Shown: positions 10,141 through 20,344 of the stretch, in pieces | How the letters are laid out: every line of letters starts with the position of its first letter | How positions within the stretch are numbered: position 1 is the first letter of the stretch | Source of the DNA: Bacteroidetes bacterium HGW-Bacteroidetes-21 | GTDB taxonomy: Bacteria; Bacteroidota; Bacteroidia; Bacteroidales; GWA2-32-17 | Length of the DNA stretch: 54,038 nt | Assembly (NCBI GenBank): GCA_002840935.1 | Contig: PHDH01000001.1 | Location: 1 to 54,038 of the forward strand | Reading direction: 5' to 3' | Program-made: the position numbers and the translations under genes | The notes under the pieces: generated by a model | Seen by the model: the letters and a program-made list of their open reading frames with translations, nothing else | Database searches by the model: none | What the model was told of the DNA's origin: nothing

Positions 10141-10935
10141 ATGAAGCAATATCTCGATTTACTTAAACACGTACAAGAAAACGGACATAAAAAAGAAGAC
10201 CGCACCGGGACTGGAACCAAAAGTGTTTTCGGATATCAGATGCGTTACAATTTGCAGGACGGGTTTCCCTTGCTCACGACCAAAAAACTTCACCTTAAAT
10301 CCATTATTCACGAACTGCTCTGGTTTTTAAATGGCGACACCAATATTCAATACTTAAACGACAATGGCGTAAACATATGGAACGAATGGGCCGATCCCAA
10401 TGGCAACCTGGGGCCTGTATACGGACATCAGTGGAGAGCCTGGACAGCGCCTAAAGGAAAACCCATTGATCAGATTTCAATCGTCATCGACTCCCTGAAA
10501 AACAATCCCGACTCACGTCGCCACATTGTAAGTGCATGGAATGTTTCGGATATTCCCAACATGGCACTTCCTCCCTGTCATGTCATGTTTCAGTTTTACG
10601 TTATTGATGGCACCTTATCTTGTATGCTATATCAACGCAGTGCCGATATTTTTCTGGGCGTACCCTTTAACATTGCCTCCTATAGTCTGCTTACCATGAT
10701 GATAGCTCAGGTATGCGGCTACAAAGCAGGAGAATTTATTCACACGCTGGGCGATGCACACATTTACTCGAACCACATTAAACAAGTCGAACTGCAACTG
10801 AGCAGAGAACCCAAAGCCCTGCCCCAAATGAAAATCAATCCCCACGTTAAGAACATCTTTTCGTTTAAATATAAAGATTTTGAGCTCACCGGATATGACC
10901 CCCATCCCCACATCAGGGGCGAAGTAGCCGTATGA
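10141..10935 (+). CDS. thyA: Thymidylate synthase
   Basis: MKQYLDLL..., [21 protein letters not shown] and DAHIY motifs. Confidence 0.95.
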   Translation: MKQYLDLLKHVQENGHKKEDRTGTGTKSVFGYQMRYNLQDGFPLLTTKKLHLKSIIHELLWFLNGDTNIQYLNDNGVNIWNEWADPNGNLGPVYGHQWRAWTAPKGKPIDQISIVIDSLKNNPDSRRHIVSAWNVSDIPNMALPPCHVMFQFYVIDGTLSCMLYQRSADIFLGVPFNIASYSLLTMMIAQVCGYKAGEFIHTLGDAHIYSNHIKQVELQLSREPKALPQMKINPHVKNIFSFKYKDFELTGYDPHPHIRGEVAV

Positions 10936-11489
10936 CAACCGCTCCAGACAGAGTCATTTTGGGCATTGACCCCGGCACCTCCGTTATGGGCTTCGGCATC
11001 ATTACAGTAAGAGGAAAAAAATACGAAGTAAATTCACTCGGTGTAATGCAACTCAGTAAACTGAGCGACCATTATTCCCGACTCGAAAAAATATTCACCC
11101 GCGTAACATCTCTGGTAAAAGAATTTGGCATCACCGAAATGGCTATCGAAGCCCCTTTTTACGGCGTCAATGTACAGTCTATGCTAAAATTGGGACGAGC
11201 CCAGGGCGTTTGTATCGCTGCCGCCATGACACTCCAGATTCCAGTACACGAATATGCTCCCCGAAAAATTAAGTTAAGCGTCACCGGCAATGGAAACGCT
11301 TCCAAAGAACAGGTAGCAGATATGCTCAAGCACATGCTGGTTTTTCAAACCGACTCCCGCTTCCTCGACGCTACCGATGCGCTGGCTGTCGCCCTTTGCC
11401 ACATAAATAATTCTTCTTTTTCCGAAAAAAAAGGCAGCATTAAAAGCTGGGAAGAGTTTATTAAGAAAAATCCGGGGCGCAAGTTGTAA
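10932..11489 (+). CDS. ruvC: Holliday-junction resolvase RuvC
   Basis: [13 protein letters not shown], the MAIE acidic residue and a [12 protein letters not shown] tail. ATGA overlap with thyA. Confidence 0.85.
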   Translation: MTTAPDRVILGIDPGTSVMGFGIITVRGKKYEVNSLGVMQLSKLSDHYSRLEKIFTRVTSLVKEFGITEMAIEAPFYGVNVQSMLKLGRAQGVCIAAAMTLQIPVHEYAPRKIKLSVTGNGNASKEQVADMLKHMLVFQTDSRFLDATDALAVALCHINNSSFSEKKGSIKSWEEFIKKNPGRKL

Positions 11490-11567
11490 GTTCAGTTTGT
11501 TGAATCGTTTCCGAACCTATCACAAAGTGAAACGCTCCCCGTTTTTATGTGTATTAATTTTTTGATT

Positions 11568-12950
11568 TTATTCCTTTACAAACTTCCTTTGTTCTATAAA
11601 ACTATCCCCTTGTACTATAATCACATACAACCCTACGGGCAAATCTTCTACAGATAGTGAAAAAGATGAAGTTTCCATTTTTCCGCTTTTAATCTCTCTG
11701 CCTAGCTTATCTACAATTTTGTAGGTAGTTCCGGTTTTTATTGCATAGGATTCGGGGAAAGAAATAGTTAATGTAGATTGGGCTGGGTTGGGGTAAAGCA
11801 GCAGATTCTCTTTATCGAAATAAACTTCATGAATTCCTACAGCACTGCATGTATCAACGTAATCACCACCCAACCATTTAGCTATGCCTTTAATTGAATC
11901 ACCATCAATGATTGAAAAGCCACAACTAATATACAAAGTATCCCGAAAAAACCCACACGAATAAATCCGGTTATTTATTGCACTACCTATACCACACCAT
12001 TTTACTCCATCCCATTTTGCTATTTTCTGTGCAGGAACACCTCCAGCATAACTAAAAACACCACATGCATATAACTTGTCTTTGTAAACTGTTAAACCGT
12101 GAACTTGTCCGTTAGAATACAATTGCATACCATAACCTAAAAAGCCTCCACCAACATCCGACCATGTGTTTCCATCCCATTGCTGTATAAAATTACCAGC
12201 GTTTCCATCCTGTAGGTAAAAGGCTCCTGCCACAATTAATTTATCATCATAGATAGCCATTTTTTCTATACCAGACATTCCTCCATGCATTCCCCCACCA
12301 ACATTAACCCAGTTTGTTCCATTATATTTAATAATATCTGAGATGGTATCGTTATCAAAATTACCTCCCACGTATAATTCTCCATGATACTCGCAAATTC
12401 CTAATACGTAATTGTTATTGATCGAACTCCATAAATTAGGAAAATTAAATACACTTTGCCATGAGTTCCCATCCCATTTTGCAAGACCATTAACAGCTAA
12501 AGTTCCTGAACTATCAAAAACACCACATGCATATAGCTCATTATTAATTATTTCAAGCTTGTTAACAATATTATTAAACCCAGGACCTACAGAATCCCAT
12601 TCAAATCCATTCCATCTTACTATATTATGTACTGACTTACCTTCAGCAGTTAAAATATTCCCAGCAGCATATATCTCATTGTTAAATTTTACAATTGTTT
12701 TTACATCTGCAAAAGGGTTTAGACCGCCTCCTAGCTGATAAAACGTTGTGCCGTTATAACTAGCTATTCCAGAAATAGAATCTCCATCAATTACACGAAA
12801 CCAACCACCAAAATATACAATATCGTTAGTCGTATCTTCGAACATACAAGTAGGTGCATCATTAATTCCATTCCCGATTTCCTGCCAGTTTTGGGAAAAG
12901 ACATTACCATTACTAATAAAAAACAAAAATAAGAGTAATCTATAATGCAT
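11568..12950 (-). CDS. T9SS-secreted beta-propeller (Kelch-like repeat) protein
   Basis: Signal peptide, then six or more ~50-aa blades of the form (I/L)A(K/R)W(D/N)G..W..VG.G. C-terminal T9SS sorting domain (LYPNPAQSTLTISF...GLYVIIVQ...). Confidence 0.7.
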   Translation of the reverse strand: MHYRLLLFLFFISNGNVFSQNWQEIGNGINDAPTCMFEDTTNDIVYFGGWFRVIDGDSISGIASYNGTTFYQLGGGLNPFADVKTIVKFNNEIYAAGNILTAEGKSVHNIVRWNGFEWDSVGPGFNNIVNKLEIINNELYACGVFDSSGTLAVNGLAKWDGNSWQSVFNFPNLWSSINNNYVLGICEYHGELYVGGNFDNDTISDIIKYNGTNWVNVGGGMHGGMSGIEKMAIYDDKLIVAGAFYLQDGNAGNFIQQWDGNTWSDVGGGFLGYGMQLYSNGQVHGLTVYKDKLYACGVFSYAGGVPAQKIAKWDGVKWCGIGSAINNRIYSCGFFRDTLYISCGFSIIDGDSIKGIAKWLGGDYVDTCSAVGIHEVYFDKENLLLYPNPAQSTLTISFPESYAIKTGTTYKIVDKLGREIKSGKMETSSFSLSVEDLPVGLYVIIVQGDSFIEQRKFVKE

Positions 12951-12953
12951 ATT

Positions 12954-14237
12954 TCATTCTATTACAAACTTCCTTTGCTCTACAAAATTATCCTCTTGCA
13001 CTATAATCACATACAACCCTACGGGCAAATCTTCTACTAAGAGTGAAAAAGATGAAGTTTCCATTTTTCCGCTTTTTACCTCTCGACCCAGTTTGTCTAC
13101 AATTTTGTAAGTAGTGGCGTTTCTTATTGCATAGGATTCGGGGAAAGAAATTGTTAATGTGGTCTGGGCGGGGTTAGGGTAAATACTGATTTGCTTCTTG
13201 TTTAACTCAATTTGTGCAGCATCCATTGAGATTAATGGGCCGCCACCGTTGGTAGTTTTGTAAATACCGCTCCAACCTGCTGCAAAACAAAGGTTCTCAT
13301 CAATACACGAAATGCATTCCATTTGAGTTGCAAGTTGAAGTTCATCTGCATTCTGATACCACCAAGTTTCACCACCATCAATTGTTTTCCAAAATCTATA
13401 TTTTAAATAATTCACTCCCTGACCTTGACCTACGACATATCCAATAGTATCATTGACAAATTCAATATCAGCAAATAAATATACATTTGAAAAATCTTTT
13501 TTTATCCAATTATATCCCCCATCTGTTGTTTTGGTAATAACCCCATAGTTAAAGTTTGGCGAACCAGACCACCCCATTCCAGCAGTATATCCATGTAATA
13601 AATTGTTAAAATAAATACTAATTACACTAAAATTACAGCATAATGTATCAATTGTTTGAAAAGGGGTTCCAAATTCATTAGTATATTTCAAAATATTTGC
13701 AGAAGGCATCCAAATACCGTATGTATTGGAAAAAAGATTATATTCCGTACCAATACCTAAAGCAGTATCTCTTGAAAATGTAACACCACCATTAAAGGTG
13801 ACATATACTGTGTTAATAATAGATACAAAACCTATGTTTTCATCTTTAAACCACATTGTTTTAAAATTATACCATTGGTTTTCAAATGCAGTAGTATCAC
13901 ATAATTGCCAACTATTCCCTGTATTTAGAGTTTTATAAACTCTGGAATGAAATCCACAAGTATAACCTACGCTGTCGTTTACAAAAAAGATATTATTCAA
14001 TTTATAAGGGAACCACGTGGTATCCCACGTGATTCCTCCATTTTCTGTTCTTAAAAGATATCCTTGTACATCATGCAATCCAGCAACTGCAAATCCAGTA
14101 TCCTTATTTAAAAATTGAATATCAGAGATACTTGCACTATGTATTGTATCTGAGTATATAATATCCCATTGAGCATTAGCCGGTAACGAACAATGAATTG
14201 CAAATGCAATAATTAATATTTTAAAACATTTAATCAT
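12954..14237 (-). CDS. T9SS-secreted BNR/Asp-box beta-propeller protein (paralog 1)
   Basis: Signal peptide, repeated (S/T)x(D/N)GGxTW Asp-box motifs (TENGGITWDT, TLNTGNSWQL, TTDGGYNWI, TIDGGETWW) and a T9SS CTD. Confidence 0.7.
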   Translation of the reverse strand: MIKCFKILIIAFAIHCSLPANAQWDIIYSDTIHSASISDIQFLNKDTGFAVAGLHDVQGYLLRTENGGITWDTTWFPYKLNNIFFVNDSVGYTCGFHSRVYKTLNTGNSWQLCDTTAFENQWYNFKTMWFKDENIGFVSIINTVYVTFNGGVTFSRDTALGIGTEYNLFSNTYGIWMPSANILKYTNEFGTPFQTIDTLCCNFSVISIYFNNLLHGYTAGMGWSGSPNFNYGVITKTTDGGYNWIKKDFSNVYLFADIEFVNDTIGYVVGQGQGVNYLKYRFWKTIDGGETWWYQNADELQLATQMECISCIDENLCFAAGWSGIYKTTNGGGPLISMDAAQIELNKKQISIYPNPAQTTLTISFPESYAIRNATTYKIVDKLGREVKSGKMETSSFSLLVEDLPVGLYVIIVQEDNFVEQRKFVIE

Positions 14238-15505
14238 TCCTTTACAAACTTCTTTTGTTCTATAAAACTATCCCCCTGTACTATAATCACATACAACCCT
14301 ACGGGCAAATCTTCTACAGATAGCGAAAAAGATGAAGTTTCCATTTTTCCGCTTTTTACCTCCCTACCCAGCTTGTCTACAATTTTGTAAGTAGTGGCGT
14401 TTCTTATTGCATAGGATTCGGGGAAAGAAATAATTAATGTGGTTTGGGCGGGGTTAGGGTAAATATTGATTTGCTTCTTGTTTAACTCAATTTGTGCAGC
14501 ATCCATTGAGATTAATGGACCACCGCCGTTGGTAGTTTTGTAAACACTCATATAACCAGCCGCATAACATATCGTATCATTCAAACAATCAATCTTTTTT
14601 ACTAAATATGTGCTTGGTAAAAACTCTGCATTTTGATATCCCCAAGTTTCTCCATTGTCTTCTGTCTTTAGAAAACGATGTTGTATCTCATAACCTTGAC
14701 CAACAGCATATCCAATATTTTCGTTTAAAAAATCAACATCATAGAGAATATAAACTTCGGGAATGTCTTTTTTTACCCAGTTATAACCACCATCTATTGT
14801 TTTAATTATTACGCCATAATTAAATACTTGACTTCCATACCAACCCATTCCTACGGCATAACCGTTGTGTTTATCAATAAAATTCATTCCATTTATTCCA
14901 TAATCACAACAAAGAGTATCTGTAACAATAAACAAGCTGTCATAGTATTCTGAATATTTAATAATTTTACTCGTTCTACTCCAAATACCATCTGTATTTG
15001 AAATAATTTGATTTGTAGTTCCAAACAACACTGTATCTTTATAAAACGTACTACCTCCATTAGTAGTAATATATACACTATTTAATTTAGCTACAACACC
15101 ATAATTTTCATCTCTAAACCATAAAACATCAAAATTAAGGAATTCATTATCGAAGTGAGTTGTATCACATAAACTCCATGAGTCACCTCCATTAATTGTT
15201 TTATATACATATGAATGCCAACCACAAATATAACCCACATTTTCATTTATAAAATAGACGGAGTTTATCTTATAGGGGAACCACGCAGTATCCCACGTGG
15301 TTCCGCCATTAAGGGTTTTAATTAAATATCCTTTACCATCTATTATATTTGCAACAGCATATCCAGTATTTGTATTAATGAATTGAATATCTTGAAAAGA
15401 GGCATTGTTAATTGTGTCATAAAACACAATATCCCATTGCGCATTAACTGATAACGAACAATGAATTGCAAATGCAATAATTAATATTTTAAAACATTTA
15501 ATCAT
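14234..15505 (-). CDS. T9SS-secreted BNR/Asp-box beta-propeller protein (paralog 2)
   Basis: Full-length paralog of 12954..14237 with an almost identical signal peptide and CTD. ATGA overlap with the downstream paralog. Confidence 0.7.
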   Translation of the reverse strand: MIKCFKILIIAFAIHCSLSVNAQWDIVFYDTINNASFQDIQFINTNTGYAVANIIDGKGYLIKTLNGGTTWDTAWFPYKINSVYFINENVGYICGWHSYVYKTINGGDSWSLCDTTHFDNEFLNFDVLWFRDENYGVVAKLNSVYITTNGGSTFYKDTVLFGTTNQIISNTDGIWSRTSKIIKYSEYYDSLFIVTDTLCCDYGINGMNFIDKHNGYAVGMGWYGSQVFNYGVIIKTIDGGYNWVKKDIPEVYILYDVDFLNENIGYAVGQGYEIQHRFLKTEDNGETWGYQNAEFLPSTYLVKKIDCLNDTICYAAGYMSVYKTTNGGGPLISMDAAQIELNKKQINIYPNPAQTTLIISFPESYAIRNATTYKIVDKLGREVKSGKMETSSFSLSVEDLPVGLYVIIVQGDSFIEQKKFVKE

Positions 15506-15663
15506 TCCTTTACAAACTTACTTTGTTCTATAAAATTATCCCCTTGCACTATAATTATATACAGGCCTTCGGGCAAGTCTTCTGCAAATAAAGAGCTGGT
15601 CGTAGTTTTCATTTTTTCTCTTTTAATTTTACAGTCCCCGTACCTTTTGATAATATTTAAAAT
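15502..15663 (-). pseudogene. Relic of a T9SS C-terminal sorting domain (5'-truncated fourth copy)
   Basis: The reverse strand reads ...LNIIKRYGDCKIKREKMKTTTSSLFAEDLPEGLYIIIVQGDNFIEQSKFVKE*. This aligns with the last ~45 aa of the neighbouring CTDs. Its TGA overlaps the ATG at 15505 exactly as at the 14234/14237 junction. An in-frame TAA closes the frame at 15679-15681. Confidence 0.7.
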
Positions 15664-15931
15664 CTGGCACAATAACCATTAGTATCAACATAACACAAAC
15701 AAAGATAACACATTTATGAATTTTAATACATTATTTAATGCTATTTTGTTTAACCTCCCATAAGCACTAATACGATTTGATTTACATTTTCATCATACAT
15801 TAAAATTTTTCCCTCCCATGCAGCACAAAAAAAATCATTTCGTCTTTTATTCAGAAAAACAAGCAAAAAAATAATTTGTAACTTTTTCTAAAAGCAAATC
15901 GTTCTATGTGAAACAAAAAAAACCTAATATT

Positions 15932-16267
15932 ATGAAAGCAATAAAACTTAGTTTAGTTATCCTCCTCGCAGGAATTCTTTTTAGCAGTACAACAAAAGCG
16001 ATCAGCGATCCTTCCACAAAAAAAGAAAAACTCTTCCGTCAGGTAAGCCGGTTGATTGAATATCCAACCACCAGCGAAAGTGCCGAAATTTCTTCAGTCG
16101 CAGTTGAATTTACCTTGGACGAAAAAGGTCAGGTAGTTGTTACAAATATTAATGGCAAACCCGAATTGGTTGAATATGTAAAAACCCGCCTCGAATCATT
16201 AGTCACACGCAAAATGAAGGAACTAACCGGCGAAAAACTCTATTACCGCTTTATTTTCAAAAAATAA
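15932..16267 (+). CDS. Hypothetical secreted protein
   Basis: Signal peptide MKAIKLSLVILLAGILFSSTTKA. The ATG at 15932 is preferred to the GTG at 15908. Confidence 0.45.
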   Translation: MKAIKLSLVILLAGILFSSTTKAISDPSTKKEKLFRQVSRLIEYPTTSESAEISSVAVEFTLDEKGQVVVTNINGKPELVEYVKTRLESLVTRKMKELTGEKLYYRFIFKK

Positions 16268-16290
16268 AGACTACTTTCACAACCCACATG

Positions 16291-16322
16291 AGGCAGGCAT
16301 ACACAATGACCTGCCTTTTTTT
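16291..16322 (+). terminator. Rho-independent terminator
   Basis: AGGCAGG-12 nt loop-CCTGCCT followed by a T7 run, 24 nt after the stop at 16267. Confidence 0.6.
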
Positions 16323-16443
16323 ATCAAAAAAATCAATGTCTTTAACATTTTTTAATTTTAATTATTTAAGTATCCTTTTACTTGTTTATATATTTGTCTT
16401 ATTAAAAAACAAAACTATTTAATGTTTATATTAATCTCTTTTA

Positions 16444-16451
16444 TAAATTTG
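16444..16451 (+). promoter_or_regulatory. Candidate -7 box (TAAATTTG) for the DHOD-like/cyd operon
   Basis: TAnnTTTG match 18 nt upstream of the ATG at 16469. A second match, TATATTTG, lies at 16389-16396. Confidence 0.3.
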
Positions 16452-16468
16452 CATTAAACATATATTTT

Positions 16469-17452
16469 ATGAAAGAAATGAAAACAACTTATGCAGGTAT
16501 AACTCTCTCCAATCCCATTATTGTTGCAAGCAGCGGATTAACTGGAAACATCGATTCTATTAAAAAAGTGATGGAAAAAGAGCCGGGTGCTATCATTCTT
16601 AAATCGCTTTTCGAAGAACAGATAATGGTTGATTCTCAGATGGGATTAAGCATGAATCAGTATGATTATCCTGAATCTGCCGACTATATACTCAATTATA
16701 CCAAGTCACACACTATTGGCAAATATTTAGAGATGATAGAATCTGCAAAAAAGATTTCCTCTATCCCTGTCTTTGCCAGTATTAACTGCGTTACAGGTAA
16801 CGAATGGATACAGTTTGCAAAAAAAATTGAGAATGCTGGTGCCGATGCCATCGAATTAAATATTTCAATTCTTCCGACCAACCCAAAAATCGGCGCCGAA
16901 GAAAACGAAAAAAACTATTTCGACATTCTTGAAAAAATTCACAATACAGTACGCATTCCCGTTACCCTTAAAATGAGTAATAGTTCGAGTGCCCTGGCCG
17001 CATTACTTCTGAAACTCGACTGGAGTGGATATATTAAAGGTCTGGTTATGTTTAACCGTCATTATTGTCCGGATATTGACATTGCCAACATGAAATTATC
17101 TTCAGCTCCCGTCTTTTCAACGCAGGCAGATTATCCCGAAACACTCCGCTGGGTTGCATTAATGTCAGACAAAATTAAATGCGACATCTCGGCAACTACC
17201 GGAATTCACGACGGAAAAACAGCGATTAAATTCTTGCTTGCAGGAGCAAAAACAGTTCAGGTTGCCAGTATCCTCTATAAAAAAGGATTAGACGGCATTA
17301 CCGAAATGAAAAAAGACATTTCGGATTGGATGGAAAGCAAGAATTTTAAAAGCATAGAAGATTTTCGCGGAAAATTAAGCATGGAGAAAATAGAAAATCC
17401 TGCTGTTTTTGAACGCGTTCAATTCATGAAATATTTCTCAACCGTAGAATAA
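16469..17452 (+). CDS. Dihydroorotate dehydrogenase-like flavoprotein (class-1-like TIM barrel, no membrane anchor)
   Basis: The N-terminus 'YAGITLSNPIIVASSGLTG' and the segments 'ADAIELNIS' and 'IKCDISATTGIHDGKTAIKFLLAGAKTVQVAS' resemble the DHOD/DHPD family. Confidence 0.65.
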   Translation: MKEMKTTYAGITLSNPIIVASSGLTGNIDSIKKVMEKEPGAIILKSLFEEQIMVDSQMGLSMNQYDYPESADYILNYTKSHTIGKYLEMIESAKKISSIPVFASINCVTGNEWIQFAKKIENAGADAIELNISILPTNPKIGAEENEKNYFDILEKIHNTVRIPVTLKMSNSSSALAALLLKLDWSGYIKGLVMFNRHYCPDIDIANMKLSSAPVFSTQADYPETLRWVALMSDKIKCDISATTGIHDGKTAIKFLLAGAKTVQVASILYKKGLDGITEMKKDISDWMESKNFKSIEDFRGKLSMEKIENPAVFERVQFMKYFSTVE

Positions 17453-17668
17453 ATGAGTATAATCCGGAAGTTTATATATTTATATATTGATGGGTTCCGG
17501 AATATAGGTATTACTGGCAAAAGCTTAGTGGTCGTTCTGATCATTAAGCTTTTTATTATGTTCGCTATTCTGAAAATCTTCTTCTTCCCCAATTTTCTGA
17601 AAACAAATTTTGAATCTGATCAGGAAAGGTCAGATTATATTATAAATCAGATAACTAAAACTAAATAA
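17453..17668 (+). CDS. DUF4492-like small membrane protein
   Basis: 71 aa with 'YIDGFRN....GKSL.VVLIIKLFIMFAILKIFFFPNFL'. Its ATG directly abuts the upstream TAA, and it lies immediately upstream of cydA, as is usual for this family in Bacteroidota. Confidence 0.65.
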   Translation: MSIIRKFIYLYIDGFRNIGITGKSLVVVLIIKLFIMFAILKIFFFPNFLKTNFESDQERSDYIINQITKTK

Positions 17669-17671
17669 CGC

Positions 17672-19198
17672 ATGGATATTTTAGATGCATCATTGGTTGA
17701 TTGGTCGAGAGCACAGTTTGCACTCACAGCAATCTATCATTGGCTTTTTGTTCCGCTTACGCTCGGGTTGTCATTCATCATGGCCATTACCGAAAGTATT
17801 TATGTAAAAACGGGCAATGAAGAATGGAAAAACCTGACAAAATTCTGGATGAAGCTTTTCGGAATCAACTTTGTCATTGGAGCTGCCACGGGAATCATTT
17901 TAGAGTTCGAATTTGGCACCAACTGGTCCAATTATTCGTGGATAGTAGGAGACATTTTTGGAGCTCCGCTGGCAGTTGAAGGCATTATGGCATTCTTTCT
18001 CGAATCTACTTTTATTGCCGTAATGTTTTTCGGATGGAACAAAGTCAGTAAGAAGTTTCACCTTTTTTCGACCTGGCTGGTCGCTGTGGGCTCCAATCTC
18101 TCGGCTTTGTGGATACTGGTCGCCAATGGCTGGATGAACTATCCCGTAGGCATGGAATTCAATGCAGACACCGCCCGCAGCGAAATGGTTTCCTTCTGGG
18201 ATCTTCTGTTTTCGCCGGTTACTGTCAATAAATTTTTGCATACCATTAGCTCAAGTTATGTCGTATCAGCATTATTTGTGATTGGCGTTTCCGCCTGGTT
18301 TATCCTCAAAAAAAGACATCTTCTGCTGGCTAAAAGAAGTATCGTTGTAGCCGCTGTGTTTGGACTCACGACCTCCCTCTTCATGGCCTACACCGGCGAC
18401 GGGTCGGCCTACCATGTAGCGCAGAAACAACCGGCTAAACTGGCCGCCATGGAAGGACTTTACGAAGGGAAAGAAGGGGCCGGACTTGTCGTTTTTGGTG
18501 TGTTAAAAGACTCAAGAAATTTTGCATCGGGCGATAATTTTGTATTCAAATTCGAAATCCCAAAACTACTTTCATGGTTGGGATACCGTTCAGCAAATGC
18601 CTACGTACCCGGAATAAACGATCTTATAAACGGAAATCCTGAACGGGGTGTCGAAAGCGTTAATTCGAAAATGGAAAAAGGAAGAATTGCCGTTACCGCA
18701 CTAGCCGAATACAAAGCAGCTAAAGAAAGTAAAAACGATTCTGTAATGCAGTCTTCTCTCGCTACTTTTAAAGCGAACTATAAATATATTGGCTATGGCT
18801 ATATCGACGATCCGGAAAGCATTATCCCGCCTATCCCACTGACTTTCTACAGCTTTCACGTGATGGTGGCATTGGGCTTTTATTTCATACTACTCTTTAT
18901 GCTCTTTATATACTTTACCCTGAAGAAAAAACTGGAAACAAAAAGATGGTTACTTAAAGTGGGACTTTGGTCTATTCCTCTGGGTTATCTTGCTTCTCAA
19001 CTGGGATGGGTAGTTGCTGAAGTAGGTCGTCAGCCTTGGGCTATTCAGGATATTCTACCTGTTCACAAAGCCACATCTCACCTCGACAGCTCAAATGTAC
19101 AGATAACCTTTATCCTTTTTGCCATTCTTTTCACTGTACTTTTGATTGCAGAATTACGCATCATGACAAGAGCTATTAAAAACGGACCAAAAGAATAA
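17672..19198 (+). CDS. cydA: Cytochrome bd ubiquinol oxidase subunit I
   Basis: N-terminus 'WSRAQFALTAIYHWLFVPLTLG', a Q-loop region and the 'GWVVAEVGRQPWAIQ' signature. Confidence 0.95.
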   Translation: MDILDASLVDWSRAQFALTAIYHWLFVPLTLGLSFIMAITESIYVKTGNEEWKNLTKFWMKLFGINFVIGAATGIILEFEFGTNWSNYSWIVGDIFGAPLAVEGIMAFFLESTFIAVMFFGWNKVSKKFHLFSTWLVAVGSNLSALWILVANGWMNYPVGMEFNADTARSEMVSFWDLLFSPVTVNKFLHTISSSYVVSALFVIGVSAWFILKKRHLLLAKRSIVVAAVFGLTTSLFMAYTGDGSAYHVAQKQPAKLAAMEGLYEGKEGAGLVVFGVLKDSRNFASGDNFVFKFEIPKLLSWLGYRSANAYVPGINDLINGNPERGVESVNSKMEKGRIAVTALAEYKAAKESKNDSVMQSSLATFKANYKYIGYGYIDDPESIIPPIPLTFYSFHVMVALGFYFILLFMLFIYFTLKKKLETKRWLLKVGLWSIPLGYLASQLGWVVAEVGRQPWAIQDILPVHKATSHLDSSNVQITFILFAILFTVLLIAELRIMTRAIKNGPKE

Positions 19199-19202
19199 TA
19201 TT

Positions 19203-20333
19203 ATGTTTGAAACATTTGACTTAATAACATTGCAGCAATATTGGTGGATCATCGTTTCACTACTGGCTGCCATTCTTGTTTTCCTTATGTTTGTTCAGGG
19301 TGGTCAAACACTGCTTTACACGGTGGCAAAAACCGAAGAAGAACGAGATCTTCTGGTCAATACCCTTGGCCGGAAATGGGAAATAACATTTACTACTTTA
19401 GTGACTTTCGGCGGGGCATTTTTTGCGTCCTTCCCCTTGTTTTATTCTACCAGTTTTGGTGGGGCATACTGGGTTTGGATGATTATACTCTTTGCCTTCA
19501 TTATTCAGGCAGTTTCGTACGAATACCGTAAAAAACAATCCAATTTTCTGGGATCCGCCACTTTCGAATGGTTCCTGTTCCTGAATGGATTGCTGGCCAC
19601 CGTGTTAATAGGCGCTGCTGTAAGTACGTTTTTTACCGGTTCCGACTTCTTTATCGACGATTATAACCTGAGTTACTGGATGAATAAAACCCGCGGTCTT
19701 GAAGCTGCACTGAATGTACAAAACCTGTCTCTCGGGCTGTCCGTCTTTTTCCTGACCCGTATTACCGGTTCCATGTACTTTATGAATACCATAGATCACG
19801 AAGTCATTTTTAAAAGAGCAACCCGTCAGGTGCTGATTAATGCTGTTTTATTTCTGGTCTTTTTCCTCACTTTCGTCGGTTTCCTTTTAACCCAGTCGGG
19901 CTTTGCCGTTAATCCAACAACTTCAGAAGTCACGATGGAACCCTATAAATATTTGCACAATTTCCTCGACATGCCCTTAGTTCTAGGCTTATTCCTGATA
20001 GGGGTTGTACTGGTACTTTTTGGCATCTTCAAAGCCGTATTCAAAAAAAGCGACAAATCTTTCTGGTGGACAGTTGCAGGAGTCATTCCAGTAGTACTTT
20101 CCCTCTTTCTGATTGCTGGTTTTAACAATACCGCTTTCTATCCATCTACACACGATCTGAACTCTTCACTGACCATACAGAATGCATCTTCCAGTCACTA
20201 TACGCTAACAGCCATGAGCTATGTTTCACTTTTTGTACCAGTAGTTATCTTATATATATGGTATGCCTGGAGGAAAATCAATAATCAGAAAATTACCCGC
20301 AACGAACTGGACAATAACTCACATGTTTATTAA
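19203..20333 (+). CDS. cydB: Cytochrome bd ubiquinol oxidase subunit II
   Basis: 376-aa polytopic protein 4 nt after cydA. The N-terminus 'LQQYWWIIVSLLAAILVFLMFVQGG' is typical of CydB. Confidence 0.9.
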   Translation: MFETFDLITLQQYWWIIVSLLAAILVFLMFVQGGQTLLYTVAKTEEERDLLVNTLGRKWEITFTTLVTFGGAFFASFPLFYSTSFGGAYWVWMIILFAFIIQAVSYEYRKKQSNFLGSATFEWFLFLNGLLATVLIGAAVSTFFTGSDFFIDDYNLSYWMNKTRGLEAALNVQNLSLGLSVFFLTRITGSMYFMNTIDHEVIFKRATRQVLINAVLFLVFFLTFVGFLLTQSGFAVNPTTSEVTMEPYKYLHNFLDMPLVLGLFLIGVVLVLFGIFKAVFKKSDKSFWWTVAGVIPVVLSLFLIAGFNNTAFYPSTHDLNSSLTIQNASSSHYTLTAMSYVSLFVPVVILYIWYAWRKINNQKITRNELDNNSHVY

Positions 20334-20344
20334 ATTTTTGTTTT

